This document shows, in pieces, positions 17,295 through 26,692 of a stretch of 35,027 nt of DNA. The position numbers and the translations under genes were made by a program. Numbering within the stretch: the stretch's first letter is position 1; each line of letters opens with the position of its first letter. A model generated the notes under the pieces. The model searched no databases. It was not told where the DNA came from and worked only from the letters and a program-made list of their open reading frames with translations. Source of the stretch: an uncultured Eubacteriaceae bacterium (GTDB taxonomy: Bacteria > Bacillota > Clostridia > Eubacteriales > Eubacteriaceae); assembly GCA_947630385.1 (NCBI GenBank), contig CANRHG010000001.1, forward strand, positions 1 to 35,027, read 5' to 3'.

Positions 17295-19292
17295 TTATAA
17301 AACCGAAGGTGGGTTAACGAGAAGTTGCAGGCTGCTGTTTAAGGCCTTGATCTCTCCTTCGTCGATCATTTGGGATAAAAATTCGGAAAAGCCGACCCTT
17401 TTTGGGTCTTTGATCGTAAATTTGGTCAAAATGCTTCCGTCCCGGTCTTTGACCTGATAGGGGAGCTCAATTATTAAGCGATCGGCCTGATCAAACCTGT
17501 TTCTGATGCGATTAATCAGGGTTATACTATCTTTATCGGCCAGTAGCGGCTTGTCGGATTTAAAGGTAAATAGATACAAATCCGAAAACGGGGGCAAATT
17601 TGAATCTTCCCTAAATTTAAGGTCCTGGGTCAAAAATAGATCGTCAAACTCTGCTAGGCCCGAATAAAAACTATTGTTGTAGGCGTTGGACTGAACGATC
17701 ATCTCCGCGTTCGGGTAAGTTTCTAAAACCTGAGAATAATTGCGTAAAACCCGTTCCCCGTTTAAAAAGTTTTGGCTGCTTAGTTCAGAATCGATCGATA
17801 CCGCCAAAATCTTTTTAATATCGTCTAGACCCAGATGTTTTAACTGATTGACGGTCCCGATGATGATATCGGCCGACGCTACGTCCTCGTCCGACGCGTC
17901 TTTTATATTTTTTTGATCAAAACTTTCTTTTAAGATCTCTTTTAAGCGCGGTCTTCCAACGTCGTTATAACTGATGCGCTCGCTCCCACACTCCGGGCAT
18001 TCCTCGAACTTTTTTGCCTTATAGCCGCAGCGGCTACAAAAAACTTCGTTTTCTTCTTTGTCCAGCTGCAAAAAAGCGTTACACTCCGGGCACTTTAGGC
18101 TCCGGCCGCACCGGTTGCAGTACGGGACGTCTTTAAGACTGATCCGGTTTAAGACGATGTAGACTTTTTCCGCGCTTGTGGCGCCTTTAAGATAGGTATC
18201 GAGTTTTCTTGATAAAAAATTATCGGATATTAGACCGCTCTCGTTGTTTACGTATTCGACTTTAAGGTTCGGCAGCCCGAACAAGTCGAGTTCCTGCCAC
18301 GAACCGTTTCTTTTTTTATATAGCGAAAGTACGGAGTCCACGTAATCGGTGTAGATGACCTTTTTATCCCAAAGGGAAGAAATTTCTTCTACGACTTCCA
18401 CGAGATTGTATTTGGTCGCTTCATTGGAATAATAATTCAGATCCCCCGTTTCAGCGACGATGATCTCATTTAGATCCTTAAAGGGCAAAAAGGCGGAACT
18501 GTGGGTCCCGACCACGATCCGGTAGTTGCCGGCAGCGACGTTATCGATCAGGTCTTCTTTTTCTCTCTTTGGTAGGTCGTTTAAATATAACGTCGGATAA
18601 AGACCTAAGTCTTTTAAATACTCGCTAAAATCTCTTGCTTTTAACTTGCTTGGAAAAACAACTAAGATCTGTCCGGATAGTTTTTGGGCTTCGTTAAAGA
18701 CCAGCCTGGCCAGCTTTTCTTTATCGGTGATTTTTATAAACGCGTTTTTTGGAATCTCCGGCAGGTCGTCTAAAAACGGAACGTTTTGTTTTTTCGTCTC
18801 CCTTTTTTCTTCGACCACTTCAAGTTCATTTAGCCGTCTTAAAGTACTTTTCGTTAAGTTTGGGATTTCTTTTTTTAAGTCTTCAAACGTCGCCGGGCCT
18901 TTTTTTAACCGGTCCCGGACCAGGACCTGGTTCTTTCCCCGTAAGTTTTGGTCTTTATTTAAACGATAAAAGACCTCCTCGGCCGACGAGCCGGTCGGCG
19001 CGGGAAAAAATGTCGTCGTACGGTAAAGCGGTAATTTAAATTTATCCTTTATAAAAAAACTAAGCCTTAACTGATCAACATTAAGGCTTTTCTTTTTATC
19101 TATATTTGTAATTTTCTTTAATTTTCCTTTAAAATCCGCTTCGTCTTTGATCCGGGTAACGATCCCCTTTGATTTTCTGTATCCAAAACTAAGGTCTACG
19201 ACATCGCCTACCTTTACCGTTTCAGGTACGAGATACTCATAACTTCTGTCGGTTCCAATGTTCGTATCGATGTAGACCTCAGCTATCTTCAC
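17295..19292 (-). CDS. priA: Primosomal protein N' (PriA) homologue with degenerate helicase motifs
   Basis: Position upstream of def-fmt. It has a PriA-like N-terminus (VKIAEVYIDTNIGTDRSYEYLVPE), a Cys-rich zinc region (CNRCGRSLKCPECNAFL...CSRCGYK...CPECGS) and a PriA-like C-terminal domain. The probable start is GTG at 19292 with AAGAGGA 5 nt upstream. The track start at 19370 is TTG, and its lysine-rich extension is an alternate-frame reading of the rpoZ acidic tail. No GK[TS] Walker A or DExH motif is seen. Confidence 0.85.
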   Translation of the reverse strand: MKIAEVYIDTNIGTDRSYEYLVPETVKVGDVVDLSFGYRKSKGIVTRIKDEADFKGKLKKITNIDKKKSLNVDQLRLSFFIKDKFKLPLYRTTTFFPAPTGSSAEEVFYRLNKDQNLRGKNQVLVRDRLKKGPATFEDLKKEIPNLTKSTLRRLNELEVVEEKRETKKQNVPFLDDLPEIPKNAFIKITDKEKLARLVFNEAQKLSGQILVVFPSKLKARDFSEYLKDLGLYPTLYLNDLPKREKEDLIDNVAAGNYRIVVGTHSSAFLPFKDLNEIIVAETGDLNYYSNEATKYNLVEVVEEISSLWDKKVIYTDYVDSVLSLYKKRNGSWQELDLFGLPNLKVEYVNNESGLISDNFLSRKLDTYLKGATSAEKVYIVLNRISLKDVPYCNRCGRSLKCPECNAFLQLDKEENEVFCSRCGYKAKKFEECPECGSERISYNDVGRPRLKEILKESFDQKNIKDASDEDVASADIIIGTVNQLKHLGLDDIKKILAVSIDSELSSQNFLNGERVLRNYSQVLETYPNAEMIVQSNAYNNSFYSGLAEFDDLFLTQDLKFREDSNLPPFSDLYLFTFKSDKPLLADKDSITLINRIRNRFDQADRLIIELPYQVKDRDGSILTKFTIKDPKRVGFSEFLSQMIDEGEIKALNSSLQLLVNPPSVL

Positions 19293-19710
19293 TAAGATCC
19301 TCTTTTTCGCTTTCCTCTGTTTCGGGCGCTTCGTCCTTTTGACTTTCTTCTTCTTCTGGTGCTTCGTCAAACAGTTTTATTTCTACGTCCGCTTCGGAAG
19401 GAGCAGTCTCTAGATCCTGGCCCTCCGACGTTTCGTCTTGGGCGGCTTCCTCTTTGGTTTGTTCGGAATGCGGGTGTTCCCCAAAAGCGGGATTGACCAG
19501 CTCGATCAGGCCCTCGTCGATTTCTTCGGTCGCAATCGAGATGGGATTGTTGATTCGAACCGGAATAAGGGGATTGGCTCCGTCGATGATCTCACGGGCC
19601 CTTTTGGCGGTTGCCAAGACGAGTTCGTATTTGTTGTTGGCCCTTTTGATCAAATCGTTAAGCGCCGGATAACGCATTCCGTTTACTTTTTTATAATTGT
19701 TATGACTCAT
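19279..19710 (-). CDS. rpoZ: DNA-directed RNA polymerase subunit omega with a long acidic C-terminal extension
   Basis: Core MRYPALNDLIKRANNKYELVLATAKRAREI is typical of RpoZ. The ATG at 19710 has GGAGG upstream and an ATGA overlap with gmk. About 70 extra C-terminal residues are rich in E/D/S/T/A. Confidence 0.9.
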   Translation of the reverse strand: MSHNNYKKVNGMRYPALNDLIKRANNKYELVLATAKRAREIIDGANPLIPVRINNPISIATEEIDEGLIELVNPAFGEHPHSEQTKEEAAQDETSEGQDLETAPSEADVEIKLFDEAPEEEESQKDEAPETEESEKEDLSEDS

Positions 19711-20345
19711 ATGACCTCCCCTTTATCTTGATCCAAGATGGTTTTTACTTTACATTCTTCGGCCCCGATAATTGAAGCCAGTTGCGATACGGACTTGGTG
19801 ATCCGTCCGGGTTTGTTGATGATGATGTAATCGTAAGAAGAAATGTTTTTGATTTCTTCTTTAGATTTACCCAGACGCAGTTGTATCTGTTCTTCCGTCT
19901 CCGTTTTTCGCCCTCTGATTTGATCCTCGAGCGTCTTGATCGAATTCGGTAGGATATAGATCAGGACGACTTTCGGATAAGTCTGTTTTACCTGCATGGC
20001 CCCCTGGGGGTCGATCTCTAAGATAACGTTGTGACCGTTTTGAAGATTTTCTATGATGGGCGCTTTGGGCGTCCCGTAATGCTTGGTATAGACCCCGGCA
20101 CATTCCAGGTAATAGTCTTTATTTCTTCGTTCTTCGAATTCTTCTTCGCTGATGTAGAAATATTCCCGACCTTCTTTTTCCCCTTTTCTCGGGGCCCTGG
20201 TGGTCTCCGAAACCGAAAGATACGTATCGGGAAAACGGTTGACGTACGAACGGCAGATGGCGCTTTTTCCGGCTCCGCTGGGACCGGACACGACAAACAA
20301 AAGCCCGTATTTTAACTCAAATTCTTTTTCAAAATTTTCATTCAA
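19707..20345 (-). CDS. gmk: Guanylate kinase
   Basis: P-loop SGPSGAGKS, TTRAPRKGEKEGREYFF-like motif, 212 aa. The only in-frame start before the P-loop is TTG at 20345. Confidence 0.93.
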   Translation of the reverse strand: MNENFEKEFELKYGLLFVVSGPSGAGKSAICRSYVNRFPDTYLSVSETTRAPRKGEKEGREYFYISEEEFEERRNKDYYLECAGVYTKHYGTPKAPIIENLQNGHNVILEIDPQGAMQVKQTYPKVVLIYILPNSIKTLEDQIRGRKTETEEQIQLRLGKSKEEIKNISSYDYIIINKPGRITKSVSQLASIIGAEECKVKTILDQDKGEVI

Positions 20346-21213
20346 TGTTTTGAACCTGCTCTCTTATCTTCTCCAGTTCGCTCTTTAGGTCTACCACCAA
20401 TTTGAGAATCTTCGTACTGTCGGTCTTGGAACCGATGGTATTTATCTCCCGGTTAAGTTCCTGCGCCAAAAAGTCTAATTTACGCCCTACCGGCTCGTCC
20501 GTCTCAATCAACTGGTTTAAACGTTTAATATGACTCTTAAGACGGGTCAATTCTTCGTTGATGTCGCGTTTGTCGCTCAGATAAGCTACTTCGTTTAGAA
20601 AACGGTATTCGTCAAAGGGTATTTCTTTTAAGCTTTCCTTGATCCGGGTTTCTAACTTATTTTTTGACGCTTCAAACTCCGTCGGGGCCAGTTCCTCGAT
20701 CTGCGTTATAATCTCATCGATCGTATCCCTTCGCGCCTCAATATCCTTTTTAAGGTTTTTGCCTTCTTTTTTTCGTTCCTCGACCAGTTGGTCTAAAGCG
20801 TTCGAGAACGTCTTTTCTAGGAGCCCGGAGAGGCGCTCTTCGTCAATTTCTTCTTCGACCGTTAAGATCTCGGGGATAAGCAGGAGTTGCGTGAGATCGA
20901 CCGAGCCCGTTATACCTTCGCCCAGTTCTTTTATCTGCTCTCCGGCCTCAAGATAAGCTTTGGCAAGCTCGCGGTTTAGCGAAAGTTTCTTAGAGGAATC
21001 CCCTACCTCCGTAACCTTGATAAAAGCCTCGACTTTTCCCCTGCTTAACTTTTCTTTTAAAAGCTTTCGTAAGTCAAGATCAAAGCGCATTAAAGGCGGC
21101 GGCAACCGCAGATTGATATCCAAATATTTGCTGTTGACCGTTTTAAGATTGACTTCTATATCGTAGTCCGTTTCTTTTAACTCGGAGCGTCCAAAGCCGG
21201 TCATGCTTTTCAA
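20338..21213 (-). CDS. yicC: YicC/YloC family endoribonuclease
   Basis: N-terminal (M)KSMTGFGRS, YicC-like N-terminal domain, and the C-terminal DUF1732-like KLDFLAQELNREINTIGSK. The start is TTG at 21213 with AAAGGAGAG 7 nt upstream. Confidence 0.9.
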   Translation of the reverse strand: MKSMTGFGRSELKETDYDIEVNLKTVNSKYLDINLRLPPPLMRFDLDLRKLLKEKLSRGKVEAFIKVTEVGDSSKKLSLNRELAKAYLEAGEQIKELGEGITGSVDLTQLLLIPEILTVEEEIDEERLSGLLEKTFSNALDQLVEERKKEGKNLKKDIEARRDTIDEIITQIEELAPTEFEASKNKLETRIKESLKEIPFDEYRFLNEVAYLSDKRDINEELTRLKSHIKRLNQLIETDEPVGRKLDFLAQELNREINTIGSKTDSTKILKLVVDLKSELEKIREQVQNIE

Positions 21214-21980
21214 ATTTCTAACTCTCCTTTAAATACGTACTTTGCCGGTCCGGCCATGGTGATTTCGTCTTCAGTCACCTTGATTTTTAACTCGCCACCC
21301 GGGACCGACACGCTTACTTCATCATCGACCAAACCCACCTGGTTCAAGTAATAAACCGTCGCGCTGGCTCCGGAACCGCAGGCTAAGGTCAGCCCGTCGC
21401 CTCTTTCCCAGGTCTTTAGCCGAACGTGATTTCTGTCTAAAACTTCCACAAAATTTACGTTTATCCCGTCTTTAAAATAGGAACCTTTTTCAAGCATGGG
21501 ACCTACAATTTCAACCGGGAAATCCTCGAGCCGGTCTCCCTGCAGAATTAAGTGCGGATTTCCGATATCCACGATGCCATAATTTACGTTTTTGTCATCA
21601 AAATCAAAACTATCCAGGTCTAATAAGATAGCCTTTGGCATCTCAACTTCAATAAGGTCACCTTTTATCTTAACATTAGTGAGCCCGGCATCAGATGAAA
21701 TGTTCGCTTCTTTACCGATCATTCCGTGATCCAGTAGGTAGCGCGAAAGACACCGAAGTCCGTTTCCGCAGATTTCCGCTCTTGTACCGTCTTTATTAAA
21801 GTAATTCATGTGATAGAATTTCTTTTTACCTAGTAAAATAAGACCGTCCGCGCCGATCCCAAAATGGGGATCGCATAAAAACCGGATCGTCTCCTCATCG
21901 AGTTCGATCTTTTGGTCTAAGTTGTCGATTATAATAAAATCGTTTCCACATCCTTGGTATTTTTCAAATAATAAATCCAC
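21210..21980 (-). CDS. dapF: Diaminopimelate epimerase
   Basis: Motifs GCGNDFIIID, GNGLRC (catalytic Cys 1) and ACGSGASA (catalytic Cys 2). The track ORF extends to a TTG at 22100 inside rqcH, which is implausible. The only sensible in-frame start is GTG at 21980 (VDLLFEKYQGCGNDF). Confidence 0.88.
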   Translation of the reverse strand: MDLLFEKYQGCGNDFIIIDNLDQKIELDEETIRFLCDPHFGIGADGLILLGKKKFYHMNYFNKDGTRAEICGNGLRCLSRYLLDHGMIGKEANISSDAGLTNVKIKGDLIEVEMPKAILLDLDSFDFDDKNVNYGIVDIGNPHLILQGDRLEDFPVEIVGPMLEKGSYFKDGINVNFVEVLDRNHVRLKTWERGDGLTLACGSGASATVYYLNQVGLVDDEVSVSVPGGELKIKVTEDEITMAGPAKYVFKGELEI

Positions 21981-22026
21981 GAAAAAAATTATAATAGAAA
22001 TATAATTGCAATAAAAAGAGGAATCT
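21981..22026. promoter_or_regulatory. 46-bp divergent dapF/rqcH control region with a palindromic -10 box
   Basis: ATTATAAT (21988-21995) reads TATAAT on both strands. There is a second TATAAT at 22001-22006 (plus strand) and the rqcH SD AAAGAGGA at 22014-22021. Confidence 0.4.
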
Positions 22027-23763
22027 ATGGCTTTTGATGGAATTTTTATTAAAGCATTAGTGAGTGAGCTCGAGGCGGAACTTTTGGGAGAGCGCGTCAA
22101 AAAAATCTACCAACCCGAAAAAGACGAGATACGGCTCGTATTTTCCAATTCTACGCTTTTGATCAGCGCAAATCCCAGTAACGCCAGAGTCCACCTGACT
22201 GAAACAAAAAAAGAAAACCCGTCGACTCCCCCGACCTTTTGTATGAGTCTTCGAAAAAACCTTCTAAACGCAAAACTGGTTGAAATCTCTCAGTTAAACT
22301 CCGACCGGGTTCTGATTCTGACCTTCGAAAAAATCGACGAATACGGCGTAAATTCGAAGAAAAACTTGATCTGTGAGATCACCGGAAAAAACAGCAACAT
22401 TATTTTAACCGAACAAAAAGGAGACTCTCAGACGATCATCGACGCCATCAGGCGTATCGGAACTTCAAAGAGCCACTACCGGCAGATCTTACCGGGCCTC
22501 GACTACAAAAACCCGCCACTTGACGGAAGGGTAAACCTCTTTGATTACGAGCGGTCGGAACTGGCCGCCGCCATGCAAACTTCAAGAAAAACACCGGTAA
22601 AGTTTCTTACGGACTATTTTGTCGGTCTGTCGCCAAAGACCGTAGAAGAGGTCTGCTACCGGAGCCGCGTCGACGCGGATCTGGGGCTAAACGAAATATC
22701 CGAAGGTGAAAAGCAGCGCCTAATCAATGCTCTGGATCACCTGTTAAAATCAAACGAAAAGATTCCGGCTCTTTTTTATACAAAACAGCGCTACCTGGAT
22801 TTTTCGGTGATCGATCTGACCAACCTGAACGCTCAAAAAAAGGAGATTGCTACCGTAAGCGAGCTTTTGGAACGTTATTTCAAGGACCGTGACAACCAGA
22901 ATCACTTTAAAAATAAAAGCGCTTCGGTGAGGAGCGATATTTCTCAAAAGAGAAAAAGCTTATCGAAAAAACTTCAAAACCTTTTTCAAGATCTAAAAAA
23001 GACCGAAAACAACGAAAAAAACCGCTTGTACGGCGATCTGATCACAGCCAACATCTATCAGATCAAAAAAGGTGATAAAGAGATCGAAGTCTTAAACTTC
23101 TACGAGGAAGAGCCCCAGTACGTTAAGATCCCGCTTAAAGTCAATGAGACTCCCGCCCAAAACGCGCAGCGCTTTTATAAAAAATACACAAAAAACAAGC
23201 GGGCGGTCAAAGAACTAAACGAACAAATCGAAAAAACGAAAAAACAGATCGAGCACTGCGAGGCTTTGTTAAATTCACTTGAGACTTCTACGGAAGTTTC
23301 CGAATTAAATGAAATCATTTACGAATACAAAACGTCCGATCTGAGCAAAAAAAGAAAGACCAAACTTAAAAAACCGGAAAAATCAAAACCGTACGAATAC
23401 GAGTCCTCCGAAGGATTTAAAATCATCGTCGGCAAGAACAACCTTCAAAACGAGTACATCGCCACCCGTCTCGGTAAAGACGATGACTGTTGGCTTCACG
23501 TTAAAGACGCGCCCGGCTCCCACGTCCTGATTGTTTCCGAAGGAAAGTTTATTCCGGAGACGACGGTCTTAGAAGCCGGAAAACTGGCGGCCTATTATAG
23601 CAAAATGAAAAATTCGTCAAATGTCGCCGTCGATTATTTGGAATTTAAGGACTTAAAAAAGCCCAAGAACAGTAGGCCCGGTTTTGTGACCTATACAAAC
23701 CAAAATACCATGTACGTTACGCCCTATCAAAGTGAAATCGAAAGTTTAAAAAAGCGGTCCTGA
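22027..23763 (+). CDS. rqcH: Ribosome quality control protein RqcH (NFACT family; FbpA/fibronectin-binding protein A-like)
   Basis: 578 aa with N-terminal MAFDGIFIKALVSELEAELLGERVKKIYQP (NFACT-N), a central coiled coil, and a C-terminal NFACT-R/DUF814 region (WLHVKDAPGSHVLI). Confidence 0.9.
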   Translation: MAFDGIFIKALVSELEAELLGERVKKIYQPEKDEIRLVFSNSTLLISANPSNARVHLTETKKENPSTPPTFCMSLRKNLLNAKLVEISQLNSDRVLILTFEKIDEYGVNSKKNLICEITGKNSNIILTEQKGDSQTIIDAIRRIGTSKSHYRQILPGLDYKNPPLDGRVNLFDYERSELAAAMQTSRKTPVKFLTDYFVGLSPKTVEEVCYRSRVDADLGLNEISEGEKQRLINALDHLLKSNEKIPALFYTKQRYLDFSVIDLTNLNAQKKEIATVSELLERYFKDRDNQNHFKNKSASVRSDISQKRKSLSKKLQNLFQDLKKTENNEKNRLYGDLITANIYQIKKGDKEIEVLNFYEEEPQYVKIPLKVNETPAQNAQRFYKKYTKNKRAVKELNEQIEKTKKQIEHCEALLNSLETSTEVSELNEIIYEYKTSDLSKKRKTKLKKPEKSKPYEYESSEGFKIIVGKNNLQNEYIATRLGKDDDCWLHVKDAPGSHVLIVSEGKFIPETTVLEAGKLAAYYSKMKNSSNVAVDYLEFKDLKKPKNSRPGFVTYTNQNTMYVTPYQSEIESLKKRS

Positions 23764-23777
23764 CGGGCCGCTTTTTT
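23748..23777. terminator. Bidirectional intrinsic terminator shared by convergent rqcH and the ABC transporter gene
   Basis: GCGGTCC (23754-23760) pairs with GGGCCGC (23765-23771), one of the pairs being G-U. The loop is 4 nt, with an A-run on the left and a T-run on the right. It overlaps both stop codons. Confidence 0.6.
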
Positions 23778-26520
23778 ACTCGGTTCGAAGCGCCGTGACG
23801 GGATTCTTTTTGGCTGCTCCCCGTGACGGGATAAAACCTCCGATCAAAGTTAAAATCACGCTCAAAACAATGAGAACGATCGCCGCCCAAAACGGCAAGT
23901 AGGCGTTTACGTCGGTCGTCCCGGCTAAAGAATGGATGATCGCGTTGGCCGGAATGAGCAGTAAAAGCGTAACCCCAATTCCAATGATCCCGGAAAGTAG
24001 ACCTATAATAAAGGTCTCGGCCGTGAAAACTTCCGTAATATTGCCTTTAGAGGCGCCGATAGAGCGTAAAATCCCAATTTCTTTGGTCCGTTCGAGAACC
24101 GAAATGTATGTGATAATTCCGATCATGATCGAAGAAACGACCAAGGATACGCTGACAAAAGCGACCAAAACCCAAGTGATGACGTTAAGGATCGTGGTGA
24201 CCGACGACATCAGGAGTCTGACCAAATCCGTATAATGAATCTGGTCTTCTTCCGGTTTTCCCTTGTTGTAGTTTTCTATTGAGGTCGCGATACCGTCCTT
24301 ATCTTCAAAGGAGTCCGCGTAAATACTGATCTGTGAAGGCGCGTCCAGGCTAACTTTTCCAAAGTCGGCAAGATTATCGTCGTAGGTCCCCGTAGAAATA
24401 TAGTTGTTGTAAATATCCAACAAAACGGCATCGTCCGGATCGGCCAGAAAATTATCCAGATAAGCCGACAATTGCTCTTCACTCATCGCCTGGGCGGCCT
24501 CACCCTGTCCCATAGAATCGAGAATATTTAACATCATACTCGCGCGTTCACTGACGTTTAGTCCGTTTAAATAACTGATCGCGTCGTCGATCTTGGTCTG
24601 GTCGTCGGCAGGTGAAAAGGTAAAGCCGTTTAAAACGTTGACCTCGGGATCTGCTTCTTGAGCCTGGACGACCGCGCTGTTGTTGGTTTTGTCGATGATG
24701 TAGTTGGTAAGCTCCTGCGTGTAGCCGATCGGAGAGTTAATTAAAACCTCGGCGTCTTCGTCGCTGGCCCGGACGACCCCGGAAATTCTAACCGGAAGGG
24801 CGTTATTTAAAAGTTCCGTCACCCGTTCTTCGTTGTCTCCGACGTAATCAAAGGTTCCGGAATCGTTTTCTACATAATAATCCGAATTTGTAAGTAGCCC
24901 ATAGGTTTTTCCCACGACGTCCTCATAGTACCAACTCTGCGAGTCCAGTACGACTTCTTCGCCGTTGTCGATTTTATCCATGACCGACCGGTACTCTTCG
25001 TTTGGTAACAGTCCCAGTTCGTACACGATCTGCGCGGGGATCTCGTTATTGTGATCTAAGACCAAAACGACCTCGTCCCCACCGGCCGGCCACTGTCCGG
25101 ACAAAAGTTCAAACTGGTCCGTGATGGCTGTACTGATAAGGGCCCCATCCTGTCCTGGGATAAGTTCTTCGGCGTTGTTGTCTTCTTCCTCGCCCTGCAT
25201 CTGTGAAGGATTGACCGGGCCGTTACTGCTGCTTACGGTCAAAAAGTTGTTGACGCCTTGTTGCATGATCGTCCGGTCCTGCTCACCAAACTCCGTTCCC
25301 TTGGTGTTGATCAAAACGTCGTTTGGGTCACGGCCGTATAAATCGAACTTCGTGTCGTAGCTGTAAACGATCCCATTCTCTCCGATGTACTGATGGATCT
25401 CGCTGTCCGGATCGTCCAGATACTTCTTAAAATCCGTCAGATTGTTTTCTGAAATGCTGTTGGTTATCGTAGAAGCCTGCTCCAGTCTTCGGGGATTGGA
25501 ATAGATCTTTTCCCGGTCGTGGTCGATCTCTTCGTCTACCCTCCCGGCCGTTCCGTTTTCGTTGTCGAGAATGCTGGACAAGTCGATGGACTGAGACTGG
25601 ATGGTCACCGGATAAGACGTCATCGTCTCTTTTTGAATATCGGTGATGTATTTATCTACACCGTTTGAGATCGATAGAATCATCGCGATCCCGATAATAC
25701 CGATCGATCCGGCAAAAGCGGTCAGAATGGTCCTTGTTTTTTTTGTCAGTAAATTACTAAAGCTCAGGCTTAGAGCGGTCCAAAACGACATTTTTGTCTT
25801 ACCGTGATCGGTAGACTCTTTGATCGGGACAAATTCTTCCGGACGTAAGGGATTCGTATCACCCGTGATTTGGCCATCTTTTAAGGTGACAATTCTCGTA
25901 GCGTAGTTTTGCGCAAGTTCCGGGTTGTGGGTGACCATCACGACCAGACGGTCCTTGGCCACGTCTTTTAACAGATCCATGATTTGAACCGAAGTTTCAG
26001 AGTCCAGCGCTCCCGTAGGTTCGTCGGCCAGTAGTATTTCCGGGTCGTTGACTAGAGCTCTGGCAATAGCCACACGCTGCATTTGCCCACCCGAAAGCTG
26101 GCTCGGCAGCTTGTACATGTGTTCTTTTAGCCCGACTTGTTCCAGGGCTTTTTTCGCGCGTTCTTTTCGTTCTTGTTTGGAAATTCCGGAGATGGTAAGA
26201 GCTAATTCGACGTTAGATAGAATGTTTTGATGGGGAATTAAGTTGTAATTTTGAAAAACAAAGCCAACGGAATGGTTGCGGTAAGCGTCCCAGTTTTTGT
26301 CTTTATATTTTTTGGTGGAAATGTCGTTGATGACCAGATCGCCTTCGTCGTACTGGTCTAAGCCGCCGATGATATTAAGAAGCGTCGTTTTACCGGACCC
26401 ACTAGGGCCTAAAACGGCGACAAATTCGTTATCTCTGAGATTTAAATTGATTCCGTTTAGGGCTTTTTGAATAAAATCTCCGGTCTTATACTCTTTTATT
26501 ATATTTTCTAATTTCAGCAT
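23776..26520 (-). CDS. Fused ABC transporter ATP-binding protein/permease, MacB/FtsX type, with a very large extracytoplasmic domain
   Basis: 914 aa. The N-terminal ABC ATPase has [24 protein letters not shown] and [11 protein letters not shown]. One TM helix sits around aa 255-285, followed by an extracytoplasmic region of about 480 aa. The C-terminal FtsX-like region has three TM helices. Confidence 0.9.
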   Translation of the reverse strand: MLKLENIIKEYKTGDFIQKALNGINLNLRDNEFVAVLGPSGSGKTTLLNIIGGLDQYDEGDLVINDISTKKYKDKNWDAYRNHSVGFVFQNYNLIPHQNILSNVELALTISGISKQERKERAKKALEQVGLKEHMYKLPSQLSGGQMQRVAIARALVNDPEILLADEPTGALDSETSVQIMDLLKDVAKDRLVVMVTHNPELAQNYATRIVTLKDGQITGDTNPLRPEEFVPIKESTDHGKTKMSFWTALSLSFSNLLTKKTRTILTAFAGSIGIIGIAMILSISNGVDKYITDIQKETMTSYPVTIQSQSIDLSSILDNENGTAGRVDEEIDHDREKIYSNPRRLEQASTITNSISENNLTDFKKYLDDPDSEIHQYIGENGIVYSYDTKFDLYGRDPNDVLINTKGTEFGEQDRTIMQQGVNNFLTVSSSNGPVNPSQMQGEEEDNNAEELIPGQDGALISTAITDQFELLSGQWPAGGDEVVLVLDHNNEIPAQIVYELGLLPNEEYRSVMDKIDNGEEVVLDSQSWYYEDVVGKTYGLLTNSDYYVENDSGTFDYVGDNEERVTELLNNALPVRISGVVRASDEDAEVLINSPIGYTQELTNYIIDKTNNSAVVQAQEADPEVNVLNGFTFSPADDQTKIDDAISYLNGLNVSERASMMLNILDSMGQGEAAQAMSEEQLSAYLDNFLADPDDAVLLDIYNNYISTGTYDDNLADFGKVSLDAPSQISIYADSFEDKDGIATSIENYNKGKPEEDQIHYTDLVRLLMSSVTTILNVITWVLVAFVSVSLVVSSIMIGIITYISVLERTKEIGILRSIGASKGNITEVFTAETFIIGLLSGIIGIGVTLLLLIPANAIIHSLAGTTDVNAYLPFWAAIVLIVLSVILTLIGGFIPSRGAAKKNPVTALRTE

Positions 26521-26603
26521 TTAAATTTTTCTAGGATTTTTAAATCTGAAAAACTGAAGTTTAGGCTAACTAAAAAAGCGTAAAAAAGCTATTTAATCTG
26601 TAC

Positions 26604-26664
26604 TTGTAAATTTCTTACAAATTTAGAAGTGAGATACTCCCTTTTATAAAACCTCTATTTTCGC
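26604..26664. repeat. Left arm of the imperfect inverted repeat flanking hicAB
   Basis: Hand alignment with the reverse complement of 27321-27380 gives 47 matches, 11 mismatches and 5 gap positions over 63 columns. Both arms start TTG(T/C)AAATTTCTT. Confidence 0.6.
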
Positions 26665-26671
26665 ATAAAAT
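26643..26671 (+). promoter_or_regulatory. Promoter-like element inside the left repeat arm, pointing into the 3' end of hicB (antisense)
   Basis: TTTATA (26643-26648), a 17-nt spacer, then TAAAAT (26666-26671). It is homologous to the candidate hicA promoter in the right arm. Sequence match only. Confidence 0.3.
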
Positions 26672-26692
26672 TTGGGAATTAAACTTTTTAGT

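Noticed and set aside
19293-19370. Lysine/arginine-rich N-terminal extension of priA in the ORF track (MTKHQKKKKVKRTKRPKQRKAKKR...).
   Set aside because: The track start is a TTG. The extension is an alternate-frame reading of the GA-rich acidic tail of rpoZ. A GTG at 19292 with a good SD reproduces the canonical PriA N-terminus.
21981-22100. N-terminal extension of dapF to 22100, overlapping rqcH.
   Set aside because: It starts at a TTG inside the divergent rqcH coding region and crosses the promoter/SD region. The extension has no similarity to DapF N-termini.
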